From Azolla caroliniana (taxonomy: Eukaryota > Plantae > Polypodiophyta), in assembly GCA_043228905.1 (NCBI GenBank), contig JBHGNT010000015.1, positions 16,988,001 through 17,052,000 of the forward strand: 64,000 nt of DNA, read 5' to 3'. Each line of letters starts with the position of its first letter. Positions within the stretch are counted from its first letter, which is position 1. Below are positions 47,376-59,560 of this stretch, in pieces. Position numbers and translations under genes: made by a program. The notes under the pieces are model-generated. The model was not told where the DNA came from. It did no database searches and was given only the letters and a program-made list of their open reading frames with translations.

Positions 47376-47856
47376 GGGAGTATGTTATGTACACATAACG
47401 TTGGTGAGGGTAGGTCACTAATATTTACATTAGTGAAGGGTATGTTCACTATTATTAAAAAGGGGACTAATGATTGGATAGAATGAATGATATGTGCATG
47501 CACTATCATGATTTAGACAACCAATGAATAGAGAGCCTTTTAGAAAGGCACATCTATTCAAGGGGCCTAGGAAAAGGTATAAATATGAGGCTTAGCTACC
47601 CTCATAGGGATGATCACGTCGGAAGGCTGCTGTCGTAGACACCGGTGGTGCGGGCTAGGCTTTCGTCTCGACGATCGTGTTTATCTCTTCCAAGGTATTA
47701 GTCATCCTAATATCCGGCGGTATGGGACGTCGGTGGTAGGTTGGCTATGTCTAGATCATAGCTCGGGGGTGGTCGGGTGGAACGGGTTCTTCTATCCAAT
47801 CTATTTTCTTCCTTATTACTTGATTTGGTCTATTGATTAGTAATAGACTCTTAACA
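45370..47856 (+). mobile_element. Internally deleted copy of the 5680-12705 chromovirus
   Basis: Exact TSD GGAGA. The first 23 nt of the LTR are fused via GGT to the RT-RNase H linker. The 3' LTR at 47383-47856 is complete and has a PPT. Confidence 0.95.
47383..47856 (+). repeat. 3' LTR (474 bp)
   Basis: Reverse complement of 5680-6150 with a 3-bp GAT duplication. Confidence 0.93.
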
Positions 47857-50725
47857 GGAGATTTGTTATTTATCGATTTTGTCAAAATCTTGTAACTTCA
47901 TTTCCCGAACTCAAAATTTCGAGCCCAAAAATCGGACGTGTTCCTTGCTTTATATGTATATATATACAAACAAGGATTTGCAAGAGATATTTATGTGAGT
48001 ATATATGCAAATACAAGAAGTAATCTCTCGACTGTGTTACATGGAGTGATAAAGAAGAAAAAGAGAGAAAAGTATACAAAAATAAATAAGGAAAATGATT
48101 GTGAGTAGAGCATCAGAGGGAGATCCTCGAGTTTCAATGCAACGTCCCAATAGATGATGGCAACTTCTCTTTTTGTCGTCGTTATTCTTGCACACCCTCT
48201 TGATTTGTAATGTTGAGCTCGATCCAAATTCCAGCAATGCTTTCGCCTTGTTCCCCAAAATTCCCCCTAACAATGAGCTCTCCTCATCGTTTTTAAAGGT
48301 TTGAGAGGGCTCTCTCACAAATAAAAATAGTGGGTGCTTTTTTATTATTATTTAGCATGCACCTCACTTTTTCCCCACTTGATGTACTCATGTTTCTCTA
48401 GCGCCCGCCTGAAGCTAGCAAAAAGCTTATAATAATGTCCATCATTTCATTCATTCGTCCACTTGATCTCTTCTTGTCAAAGGAAAACTCAAACTCCTAA
48501 CAAGATCCTACCAATTGAACTAAGCCTTTTTGTTGTACTTGTGTCCAATAAAAATACAACTCATTCTATATCCTTCTTACCATACCCTTAACCTATCCCT
48601 TAACCTTACATATATTTCAAGTTGAATTTGTTTTACTTGTGCACTCCCCACATCACGACACCTAACTTAGCCATGCTAAGGTGAATTGCATACATTAAGT
48701 CAATGAATATTGAGGTTCATCACATCTAGAGAAGAACAATGCCATGCGCAACTTGGTGTTTAATATATTAATAACAATACATATTGGTATTATAACATGC
48801 ATTCCTATTTAAAAAAATGAGTTTTAATTATTAATATTTTCCCACATTGTTAAAGCTCTAGAATGAGCCTTTCCACAAATTAACAATTTATTCGTTAGTA
48901 AAACATTTTCAAGTTATACACCTAAGATGCTTCCTTATCTTTTTGCATTGCAATGCAATTTCTTTAAATCATTTCAAAATTTGATGTTACGAGCATCTCT
49001 AATTTCAAACAAGCGACATAAATTTTTATTTTTATTTGTTTACAAAATATATAATGAATGTTTTTATTTCAAGTTTCATCTCATCTTACAATATACACGC
49101 CTCACAAGAACATGTCTGAGGTTCATTGCATACATGTTGCTATGAGAAATTTCTTGTGCCCAATGAATATTCATAATTCTTCATGGATAAAGAGATTGAT
49201 TTGTAAACTTACTTCAACATGCCGTTAAAGCTCATTGTCAACATGGATCATTAAACATTGTTAAGGTTTTAAGGTATCATCATTTTGAGGGAACTTTGTT
49301 GGGGATAACACCATGGTTTGAAGCATCTATTGCCAATGTGAAAGTATATATTGATACATTTCCACCCATTTCACATATATAATCATTTTATTATTTATAT
49401 GGTATTATCTCCCTCTTTTTTGTCATCGTGATTCTCTTGCACAATACTAATATGAGGTCATTCGAGAGAACCACAAAGAAGATATTGTATGAGCACTATT
49501 TATAGAGGAGATGAAGACCGGCACATTGTATCATGATTATATGACTTGCACATCAACTTGCATACACCCATTCACAAGATAATAATGTGTATTGAGGATA
49601 TGCATCATAACTTGAAAGTATTTCTGCACAATGCTAGATAAAACTTAGAAAATCAAAGCAATTAGAATCTATATAACATTTTGCATATGTATTTACCATA
49701 TTTTCTTTTTGTGAATGATTTGCATAATGAATCATTGTGTTTCTCTCTCTTCCTATGTGTAGCATTCTGGTCAATACTTTCTCGCAAATTATTTGGAAAT
49801 TAAATTCTCTAATGCTTCGGTGGGGTCATAATTGGTGTGACTAGTCATGTACGTGGCATATTTTTGTAAAAGTGTTCCTTTATGTCCTAAATAGTTATAC
49901 TGGAACTAGTTAATCAATCAACCCTAGGCACATACTATCGCTAGTTATAGACTTTTATTGGAGGGAAGATTGGTTTGGGTATTTATATTGAGAAGTGCAA
50001 TTTTTATCTCTTTCGAGGATCATTTGCTTGTATGAGACAATATTATATATACTGTGTTGGTAGGTTATAACTTGGATTATAGGTTCATTATTATTGTGAT
50101 GAGTAATAAAGATGCACCATTGTAATTTCTAGGTATCAAAGCATATACCCAAAATAATGGGAAATCTACCAAAATATCCCCATTTGTTGTGTAAATTCTA
50201 AACATACACCTTAAAAGAAGAAATCCCAAAAGACATCTCCCTCTTTCTATTCCACTCTTTCCTTCACACTTACACTCTCCTACTTCATTTTCCCAAAAGA
50301 TCTACTTTCAACTTGTGATTGTCTCTTGCTTTCTTTGTTAGAATTTCAGGGTTCTCCTCTCTTTCTCTCTACGATTTCACCATATTTTTCTCCTCTCTCT
50401 ATACTAGAGAAATTGGGGGGGGGGGGGGGGGGGGGATTTTGCATTTGTCTTTAGAGGTCAAAGATGACTTATGGGACCAAACATGAAATATTGCCAGGAA
50501 GTGCATGAGGAGTTTATTAAGCACTTATGTTGTTCAAGAATATGATGAATGAACATTGTCACTACGAGAGAATTGTGCATATTATCTTGTTTGGAAAACT
50601 ATACATAATACATGAGTCTCCTAGCTCGTGCCCCCTAATTTTGTCTAACATTAAAGGGAATATGATTTAAGTGCTACGGAAGCACTCATGTGGACAATAA
50701 AGGCATGTGTTCTAGCATGCATCCA

Positions 50726-50728
<3 letters not shown>

Positions 50729-50766
<38 letters not shown>

Positions 50767-50887
50767 AAAGATGATGGTATCTCGATAGGTATGGTTATGG
50801 TTGTCCGACGAAGACCAAAAGGTCATACTTCCAACCCTACATTTTGTAATGGCATCCAGTAAATTAAAGGGAAATCATGTTTATTGC

Positions 50888-50941
<54 letters not shown>

Positions 50942-51052
50942 AAGATGATGGTATCTCAATAGGTATGATTATGGTTGCCCAATGAAGACCAAAAGGTCAT
51001 ACTTTCAACCCTACATTCTGTAATGGCATCTAGTAAATTAGAGGGAAATCAT
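50729..51052. repeat. Tandem duplication of an (AG)n microsatellite plus ~115-bp unit
   Basis: (AG)n-TTAA(A)GATGATGGTATCTC...GGGAAATCAT occurs twice. Confidence 0.85.
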
Positions 51053-52984
51053 ATAATAAAGATATGTGTGAAAGTTTGGCTTTGAACAAAAAATAATAAT
51101 AATCTCTTGAACTTTATTTGTGATAAATCCAAGGTCCCATCAACTATAAAAGCCAGTATATTTCTTTCAATATAAACCACGGCCTTATTGAAGATTTATG
51201 TGCTTGTACAATTGTAGTCATTTATTATCTATCTTGAGCTTAGGGTACTATTCATTTCTTTTGGACTTGGTTGGTCGTAAGACCACAAAAGTCCTAAATG
51301 TGATGAATTATGTCCTAGTGGAACAATGTTGATGAATAGTCATTCATATGAAGTTGTCCTTGTACCAACAAGATATGTGTATTGTTCCACTATGGAACCC
51401 TTTTCATTATTGGTCATGATAAAAAATACATATATATATCATTGCTAGCACAAACTTTCTCATAATAGACAAATCCATTGAGCAAAAAGCTGTTTAAAGT
51501 CCATCATCGAGGAATGAAATAGCCATTTCCAAAGCACCAATGGTTCTAGGAATTTAATTTCAAATCTTCAATTCAGTTCATTATGAGCTTGTCACACTTG
51601 TGGATTCACAATGCTTTGCCATATTGGCTCAAAAGGCATTTCAATGTATTTATAGATTTTGTTTTTTTCTATCTTTGGCTATTTCACCCCATAGAATATT
51701 ATCTCTTTTATGGTGGTTTTGCTTTAGATTCTTACCAAACATGTAAAAAGGGAGCTTTCATTTTAGTTTTGAATTTAGGTTTCTTATGAGATTGCTTTGA
51801 ACACTTCTTTCTAACTTCTACATGTTGATGATGATTAGTGACACAAAAGGATTGATATAAGATTATGGCTATCTAGTTATCATCTTATTCTTTTGGGCTT
51901 TCTAATAAAATGTGAAACAACAATTGAAAACGAGATGTCCCTATGTTATTGTTCGTACTAAAGAAAAAGCAAATCAATGCCTATTATCTATATGAGGTAT
52001 TTTCTTAAGATGTCGATGTCAAGTAAACATTATTAAGGTCAAGACAAACCCAAAGGGATGCATATATTGAATAGTTTTCTATCTCATTGTACGATATACC
52101 GTTTCAATCCTCACCAAAATTGTTTATGAGATGATGACGTGTTTGGAATCTCAGTCATTCTTTTCCTCTCCATGTTTGACGTATACGTTATAACCAATCC
52201 ACTAAATCTACATCTTAGTAACACAAAGTAGCAGTGAGCTTGGTTATTATAAGAATAATGTGAGACACATTCCTCATTTGAAATTTTGAAATATCCTATA
52301 ATGATGTTAATTTTCGCTATATGAAATTAATAGACTGCTTGGGAGCAAAGTGGAGATATATGTAGCAATGTACATCAAGGTTGGCTTCATGTAACATTGA
52401 AAGGATAAATAAAATAGGTGTTGTTTGCTTAGGAGTCCAATACCTATTCACCATAGGTGGAGGAAGAAGCAACGTTTTTCTTATTTATTCTAAATTTTGT
52501 GCCAACCTCTCTTATAATCGCCCAGAAACAAAACTTGTGTTCACTTCCATCGAGAGAAGCTTTTGTGTGGAGGGCACCCTCGAACTGAACAAAATGGTTG
52601 GGCCAACTACTTTTTTTACCTATCATAAGTGAGTCTTTATTTGTGTGTGAACCTCAACCTAAAACATGTGCTATGATGAATGCATTGCAACAACTAACAC
52701 GTCGGAGATCTTTTCCATCAAGGAACATCTTCCTTGAGAGCTAGTGCTACTCGAAAAGATGAAAAGGCGATTTAAACGAACTAGCAGTTTCTCTGATGGC
52801 CTAGAGAAGACATCCCCATGTGAACTGGTACATAATCAATCTGGCGAGTCGGGCAATCAAGATCATTATGTAGACACAAATCGACAAAAAACAAAGGAGC
52901 AATAAAACCAACAAAGGAAAAAAAGTTTGTAAAAAAACAAAACCGTCGAGCGACTCGTTGTGACCAGGGGCGCATCATCCTTTA

Positions 52985-53084
52985 NNNNNNNNNNNNNNNN
53001 NNNNNNNNNNNNNNNNNNNNNNNNNNNNNNNNNNNNNNNNNNNNNNNNNNNNNNNNNNNNNNNNNNNNNNNNNNNNNNNNNNNN
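52985..53084. other. Assembly gap (100 N)
   Basis: Run of 100 N; true size unknown. Confidence 1.
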
Positions 53085-53112
53085 AGGGTAGTTGCCAAGA
53101 GGATTTGAACCC

Positions 53113-54324
53113 ATGACCTCTACCTCCTCACAAGCAGAAGCAGCCTTGCTGATTCCTGGGCTCCCTGATGAGGTGGCACTGTCCTGCCTCCTGAGGCTCC
53201 CTTACTCCACCCAAGCCATTGCACGTGTGGTGTGCAAGAGATGGAGGCATCTCCTCTCGAGCCGGGCCTCGTACCTCGAGGCACGCCGCCGCCTCCGCCT
53301 CACCCGCCCGTGGCTCGTGGTCCTCGCCTCCCACCGCAAGACCCGGCAAATCCAATGGCAAGCACGCGAATTGTCCGCCCGCGGCGCATGGCACATCTTG
53401 TCCCCGATGCCCGAACCCCTCGGCCGAGGCGGAGATCCCGATCCCGGTCCCGACCCCAATTCCATGTCCGATCCCGATCCCGATCCCGTGTGCCCCCCGG
53501 GCTTCGGTTGCATCCCGGGCCCCCCCCACGACTCGATCTTGTTCGTATGCGGCGGGATCCGGAACTCGGGCATGGAATTCTACCGCCCCATGGACTCACT
53601 CCTTAGCTTCGATCTCTTCACCAACAAGTGGGCGACCCTTGGCCCCATGTCCACCCCTCGGTCCTTCTTCGCGAGTGGCTCAATCGGCGGGAAGATCTAC
53701 GTGGCGGGCGGGACCAACGACCCCTCCACCGATAGCCACCACAACCCGAGGTTCGGCACCTCGGCCGAGGCCTATGACCCCCTCACCGACACCTGGCGGC
53801 CCATCGCCAACATGCGTGCCAGCATGGCACGCTACGACTCGGCCATCCTCCACGGCAAGCTCCATGTCACCGAGGGCTGGGCGTGGCCGTTCCTTGCCTC
53901 GCCACGTGGCGAGGTCTATGACCCCGAGACGGACGCGTGGGAGAGCATGCCCGTGGGCATGAGAGAAGGATGGACCGGCCTTAGTGTCGTGCATAACGAC
54001 AAGCTTTACGTCATTAGCGAGCATGACAGCTCCAAGCTCAAGGCCTTCGATACGGAGAGCGATTCGTGGCGCGATGTCGGGGGCTCGCCCATGCCCGCCC
54101 ACATGGAGCTGCCCATATGTGTGAACGCGATATTCGACCACAAGCTTGTCCTTGTGGTCGTCGCCAAGAACCTTCATGTCGCCCTAGGCACCCTATCCGA
54201 TGACCCCCAGGGCACGCCCGGCCCCGACGGGAACCCTATCCATAGTGTCGAGTGGCAATCTATATTGGCCCCCGAGCGGTTCCGAGACTTTAGCCCTTCG
54301 CATGCAGTCATCTTGCATGTGTAG
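53113..54324 (+). CDS. F-box/kelch-repeat protein (At1g30090/AFR-like), single open frame
   Basis: LIPGLPDEVALSCLLRLP..VCKRW F-box; kelch repeats LFVCGG, RSFFASGSIGGKIYVAGG, VTEGWAWPF..PRGEVYDP..REGWTG; GC-rich coding island. The start is uncertain because it lies next to the gap. Confidence 0.92.
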   Translation: MTSTSSQAEAALLIPGLPDEVALSCLLRLPYSTQAIARVVCKRWRHLLSSRASYLEARRRLRLTRPWLVVLASHRKTRQIQWQARELSARGAWHILSPMPEPLGRGGDPDPGPDPNSMSDPDPDPVCPPGFGCIPGPPHDSILFVCGGIRNSGMEFYRPMDSLLSFDLFTNKWATLGPMSTPRSFFASGSIGGKIYVAGGTNDPSTDSHHNPRFGTSAEAYDPLTDTWRPIANMRASMARYDSAILHGKLHVTEGWAWPFLASPRGEVYDPETDAWESMPVGMREGWTGLSVVHNDKLYVISEHDSSKLKAFDTESDSWRDVGGSPMPAHMELPICVNAIFDHKLVLVVVAKNLHVALGTLSDDPQGTPGPDGNPIHSVEWQSILAPERFRDFSPSHAVILHV

Positions 54325-57192
54325 TGAGCTTGGTTACTAATCCTTTGGGTTTAAGTCATTTAAAGATGGATTTTGTATACATATATATATTGGCACTCAT
54401 TCCAAATGAATGCATTATGTAAATCAATACTAGATATAGTTCCTTTTCATTTAAGTCTTGGCATTGGAAATATCGATTTTTAGTTTGTTGTTCTCCTCTT
54501 GATGTTTGGTGGCCAATATCATATGAAACTAGGAGTGTATCATGATTCAATTTAAAAAAGAACACATGTGTGTGTGATATGGCTTGTAGTTGATAAGGTG
54601 TTTTTTTCGTTACTTGGGTCATGCAACATCTTACCTTTTCACGATGGTTGCGTAAAAAATGCATGGTTGTGAACCTTAAAGATATTTGACATTATACCAG
54701 TTTGTGGCATCGCTTTCTTGGTCCCAAAAAAAGAACATCACAAGCAAGGTGTCGCTTTGTCGGCCCTTGTGCCAATATGTATCATGTGTTCCTTGATAAA
54801 ATTTTGTTCCTTTTCAAGCAAAAACAAAAGAGAACAAAGAACGTACTAGCTCAATACTTGATGGATACCCATGACATTATGTGTGAGAAGCTCATATGTA
54901 TCAATAGAATTGAAGTCGATAAATCTATTTTTTACTTGTTCTGACTTGCATACATGCATACTATGATGCTATTATTAACTCTCAAAGTTTATGAATATGC
55001 TTTGGTCTCCAAAATGTTTATATTCGATTTTGTTGCACATTTTTCTATGCATTATAGAAGTTAATGTGAAAATAGAAGTTCAACATCATGAGCAGCAAAT
55101 ATAATGCTTATCGAATGAATTATGAATGGCTTGGGTGCAAACTACTCAATCTAACAAGCTTCTGTCAAATTGTGGATTATTATGTAGGCTATATTGATTT
55201 GTCTATCCAAATATGGCTATCGTATCTAGTTATAGTTCTTTTATTGTAATTGTATTAGGATGATGTATAATTTGGAACTTTTTGGTATTAGATTAAATTA
55301 TATGAGGCTTTTGTGCCCAATCAAAATCACACACTCAACATAATCCAACAAATCGAAATTGTTTTTGATTAAAATGTTCCCAACTATCCAATGTCATGAT
55401 ATGCTGGTCAATCTGGCAAGTGGATTTGATTCATACATGACTTTTTGTCGGTTATTAAGTAAAAAAATCATTTGCTCAACGATTCAAACGTATTGTTGCT
55501 CCATGGGATCTTTATGAAGTTTTGTTTGACTTTCTTCATCAAGGTGCAGGGCCCATGTGAAAGGCATAAGTGCATTTGGTTTTGGTTTGAATTGCTATTT
55601 AATCACAAATGCTCAAGTAATGAGTAATGTTCCAAATCTTCATAAGTTATTGGCAACTTCTCTTTCCACTTTACATGTGGTAAATCATATTAGCAAGAAT
55701 AACTTCTTGATTGTAAATCGTATTACTAAAAGAAAGTTACTTTCAATATACATATAGCAAAACCTTATATCCAATAGTTTTTTTTTTATCCAAAAGAAAA
55801 CTCCTTCCATTAGTTATAAAATTTTACAAATGAGACTATTATGTACAAACCTTATATCCAATAGTTCTTGTGTGCACAAAACCTATTGTAGAAATACAAA
55901 GAGCTACCATCAACGAAGACATGTGTGATTATAATATAGTTTGTGTCACCATCAAACATCATATCATATGTTATAACTTATAGATTGAAAGTTTCCTTCA
56001 ATGGTTTTAACATGTCACTGGAAGTATACACTACACTTCTTGGAGAAGTATTTTGATGATTATTTTGTGGCTACAACATTGGATGTATAATGTGCATGTT
56101 TACAACCTCAATACAATCACTACCCTCATAATTGTCAAATTTGAATATCTTTCCTAAAGAACATAAAAGATGTTGACATCTATTTTATCAAGTTTGTTTC
56201 CAACTTTCCATTTCTGTTTTTCTATCTTTCCTCTCATGTTCTGGAGATACATACAATACAATGTAACACTTTAACCAATTGAGATGTCTTCTTTTGAGGC
56301 CAATTTCACATTTACCTCAATGCTTTTGATGAATATGATAGAACATTTTTGAATCATTGGATTTTAAATCTATTAGTAGCGAGTCGTGAAAGCTGCACTT
56401 TATTTGAATATAATCCCAGTTCTTTATTATATGTCATGTAATTTTCACGTTTCATTGATCAAGTCACTCATACTATAAACATAAAATTATGTTAATATCG
56501 TAGTTGTTGTGAAAAGACTTATAACCATAATTCTGGTCTTATACACTCAAGCTCATTCGAATAGCTAACATAAACATATGTATACTAACTATTCCAGATA
56601 AGACATAATATTCTATCTAGACTTTTTATAGCTTTGAAATACAATATATAACCATGACCCTAGATATGGTCAATAAACATTGTGCAATATATCCTTGATC
56701 TTATTCATCAATAGTGAGTTGCACTTACAAGTATATGGAAATAATGAAAATCATAATATCTTAGTGCATCGTTAATTTGTTGAAAGTCGTTGCATTATTT
56801 TATTCCTCTTTGAGTGGCAATCTAGTTTGAATAGCATAAAAACAAGGAAAACACAATTGCCCATATTTAACTAGTATTTTGTTTCCTTTAATATATAATT
56901 TTCTTTTGTTAATTGCCTTCCATGCCTTATTCACCATTATTATGTTTGGATCACATTTGCATTGGAATCGTGGAAAAGCAAAAGGATACTACATAATGTG
57001 AACTTGCAAGCCAACAACTAATATTCATGGAATTCTTAGGGAACCTCTCTAAGCCTACCTAATTATTTGAGCAAAACATGAGGAAATATAAACCAAAGAA
57101 CAGAAAGAGGGGTGCCACACCACCTAATCACCCCCTTGCAACAATGTGAGAGGGACCTGAACCTCCTCGATGCCCATATCATTTATTGTTGA

Positions 57193-57620
57193 TGTAATTC
57201 ATACCTTGGGTTCCACGAGGATCGCACATGCTTAGCTCACAAGGACCATTGAAACTCTAGCACCGAGTATGTTCACCAACTTTACTACTTCATGTGAAGT
57301 GGTCAACTGATAACACCCTTAATACTTATCTCACGTTATGGAATTGTAATCGAATTCATACATGTGTTCGTTTCAAAATTAACCCACACGTACTCATCAT
57401 GAGATAAGGGAAAACTATGGAAAACATGTCTCCTATTCAATTATGGTTATGCACGTAACATACTCCCCCACTAAATAGTTACCTCATCATGTAGAATTGC
57501 AATTCAATTCATACCTTCATTCCTTTTATAATTAACCCATATGTACTCAATCTCACTATAATATAAGATTAGGAAAAACTATGGAAAACATATCGTGACC
57601 ATTTATGGTTATGCACGTAA
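57193..57620 (-). repeat. Degenerate LTR/TRIM-like remnant
   Basis: Two diverged direct repeats (~57345-57460 and ~57497-57620) end in TTATGGTTATGCACGTAA; TACTCCCCC (minus-strand PPT-like) abuts the first. Confidence 0.4.
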
Positions 57621-57740
57621 TCGAACCTCACAAAACATCAAGAGAAACTTGCATGAGAAATTGCAAAGTAGTTACATCCATATAAAGGTTACCAATGCAT
57701 CACATAAGTTTATATTCATCATAATATAATGGTTAATATT

Positions 57741-58622
57741 TAACAATTGGCAACGATTTGAAACTGTGGCTTAATGGCTTAAACGGTTTGGTTCATGTTT
57801 GGGTTTGGGTTTTTTTTAACGGTTTGGTTCGGTTTCAATAGTTAAAAACCGCGGTTTAACGGGTTTTTTTTTTATTTAAAAATAAAATAAAATTTGTTTT
57901 TAAACAATCTTTTCATTTTCATGCCTTATTCTCACATTTTAGGAAAATCTTTAAATTTTAAATATTTTAAATAATGAAATATTTTAAATTTTAATTTTAA
58001 CCTAAGATGAAAACTGAAACCGAACCACGAAACCGCAGTTTTACCAGTTTAATGGCTTAACGGTTTGAATTTTTTTTAATGGTTCAGTTTAACGTTTTCA
58101 TGGTTCGGTTCGGTTTGAATCAGGTTTCAAAAAACTTAAACAGTTCGGTTTGGACCTGTCAAGATTCGAACTCTTGACATAACCATGTTGTAATAGAGTG
58201 TTATGTGTTAACCACACATCTAACATATAATCATGTATATACTTCCTCATTGTAGGTTTTAGCTAGCATCATGTGCATAATTTCTCCCTTGTATTATTAA
58301 CACTTGGCACATGCATGCGTACCTACTGCCTACATGCTCTATTGTATCACATGCGTGCAACAAGTATGCATGCCACTCAGTATAAATAGTTAAGTTCACC
58401 TTGAAGGAATTCAAGGTGAACAACGCCAGTCATGGACATATCAATCTAGTATTCTCGTTTCGCCCAATATTGTCTCCTTAATCTTCATCTCTATCTTTAT
58501 GCTCTTGCGTCATTCCGTCATCGCTCCGTTGTAGCCTCATCATCCTTGCTCCGTCTTAGTCCGCACTTGGTGTGTCCGTGACAGGACCATCTCAAACTGA
58601 ACCGAACCGTTGCCGATTGTTA
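57741..58622. mobile_element. Non-autonomous hAT-type MITE with AACCG/CGGTT subterminal repeats
   Basis: 15-bp TIRs TAACAATTGGCAACG / CGTTGCCGATTGTTA (1 mismatch). The 8-bp flanks TTAATATT / TTAGTGTT look like a degenerate TSD. Confidence 0.72.
58157..58583 (+). mobile_element. Solo LTR (427 bp) nested in the MITE
   Basis: TGTCA...TGACA ends, exact TSD GGACC, and TATAAATAG at 58381. Confidence 0.82.
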
Positions 58623-59407
58623 TTAGTGTTGCATCATGTGATTTTAGTAACAACAATGAATTTGTTAGCATTGTCAATCATTAAGTTAGGTTGTGAAAAG
58701 TGAATGTGAATTGCAAGACCATTTTTCGGAGCTCAATGTTAAGTATGCACAACCCCAAACAAAACCTAAGAAGATGTATCCTGAGTGCAAAGCACAAGCA
58801 TTACGACTACACCATCAACTTTTGCATTGCAATTAAAGCATCCGTTAAAGCTTGAATTGTTCAATTGTACTTTAGCACATATAACATGAGTCACTTTTAA
58901 TGAAGTTAACAAACAAATTCTCCTACATGAGGGTTTTGTTTATAGATAGATTGTGATATGTTTTTGAATATGGAAGTTTATGAACAAGGTAATATCATTT
59001 TTATCCATGTGGATGGAGTGGATTCAAAAGATTTGTAAGGGCCCATCCAATGACTGAAAAGTATGGTGTAATACAATATCCTTCCGAGCCACGAACAATG
59101 AACGACTTGTCATGTGAAACTAACATCGATAGTTTCTTGATAATTGAAAGTATCAAGAATTATAAATTGATAAATGTGGTAGGGTCAATGATTTCTCAAC
59201 TTGTTTTAAAGAAAAAGGAAATATGTGCATTTGATAGATGAAGATTTCAATGTCATTTTACCCAAGTGGGTGATCCGATTTAAGAACTCTAGCCGATGCA
59301 CATTGTCTATTTATAAAGAGTCACCTTCGTGATCGTCAATATAAAAAATGATTTGGAAATAACGTTAGGTTTCTTCTACAAAAGAAAGAAGATATTTCCT
59401 AACTACA

Positions 59408-59560
59408 GATGTGGTCTCATGTAATGCAATGATGATAGAGCTTATAGAACACAGATGTTTTGATGAAACACTAAATTGTTTTAAGATGATGGAGCTTGAT
59501 GGTATAGTCCCCAATTCTATCACCTTTATATGTGGTCTCATGGCTTATCGTAGCAAAGGT
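59408..59560 (+). pseudogene. PLS-class PPR repeat remnant
   Basis: DVVSCNAMM..EH..FDETLNCFKMMELDGIVPNSITFICGLMAYRSKG resembles DVVSWNALI..EEAL.CF..M..EG..PN..TF.C.LKAC. Confidence 0.7.

Noticed and set aside
1-47856. Two element families each present as inverted pairs (1-2169 vs 32415-43479; 5680-12705 vs 45370-47856), suggesting a large inverted duplication
   Set aside because: Flanks and TSDs differ and the intervening DNA is not homologous, so these are independent insertions.
48900-52700. Possible highly decayed hAT-like transposase on the minus strand
   Set aside because: Only faint motif echoes with no TIR/TSD or sustained frame; needs tBLASTn or an HMM search.
53128-54177. Several long overlapping or antisense ORFs over the F-box gene (and similar ones over gypsy/copia regions)
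   Set aside because: Shadow ORFs caused by high GC and codon bias; no recognisable motifs.
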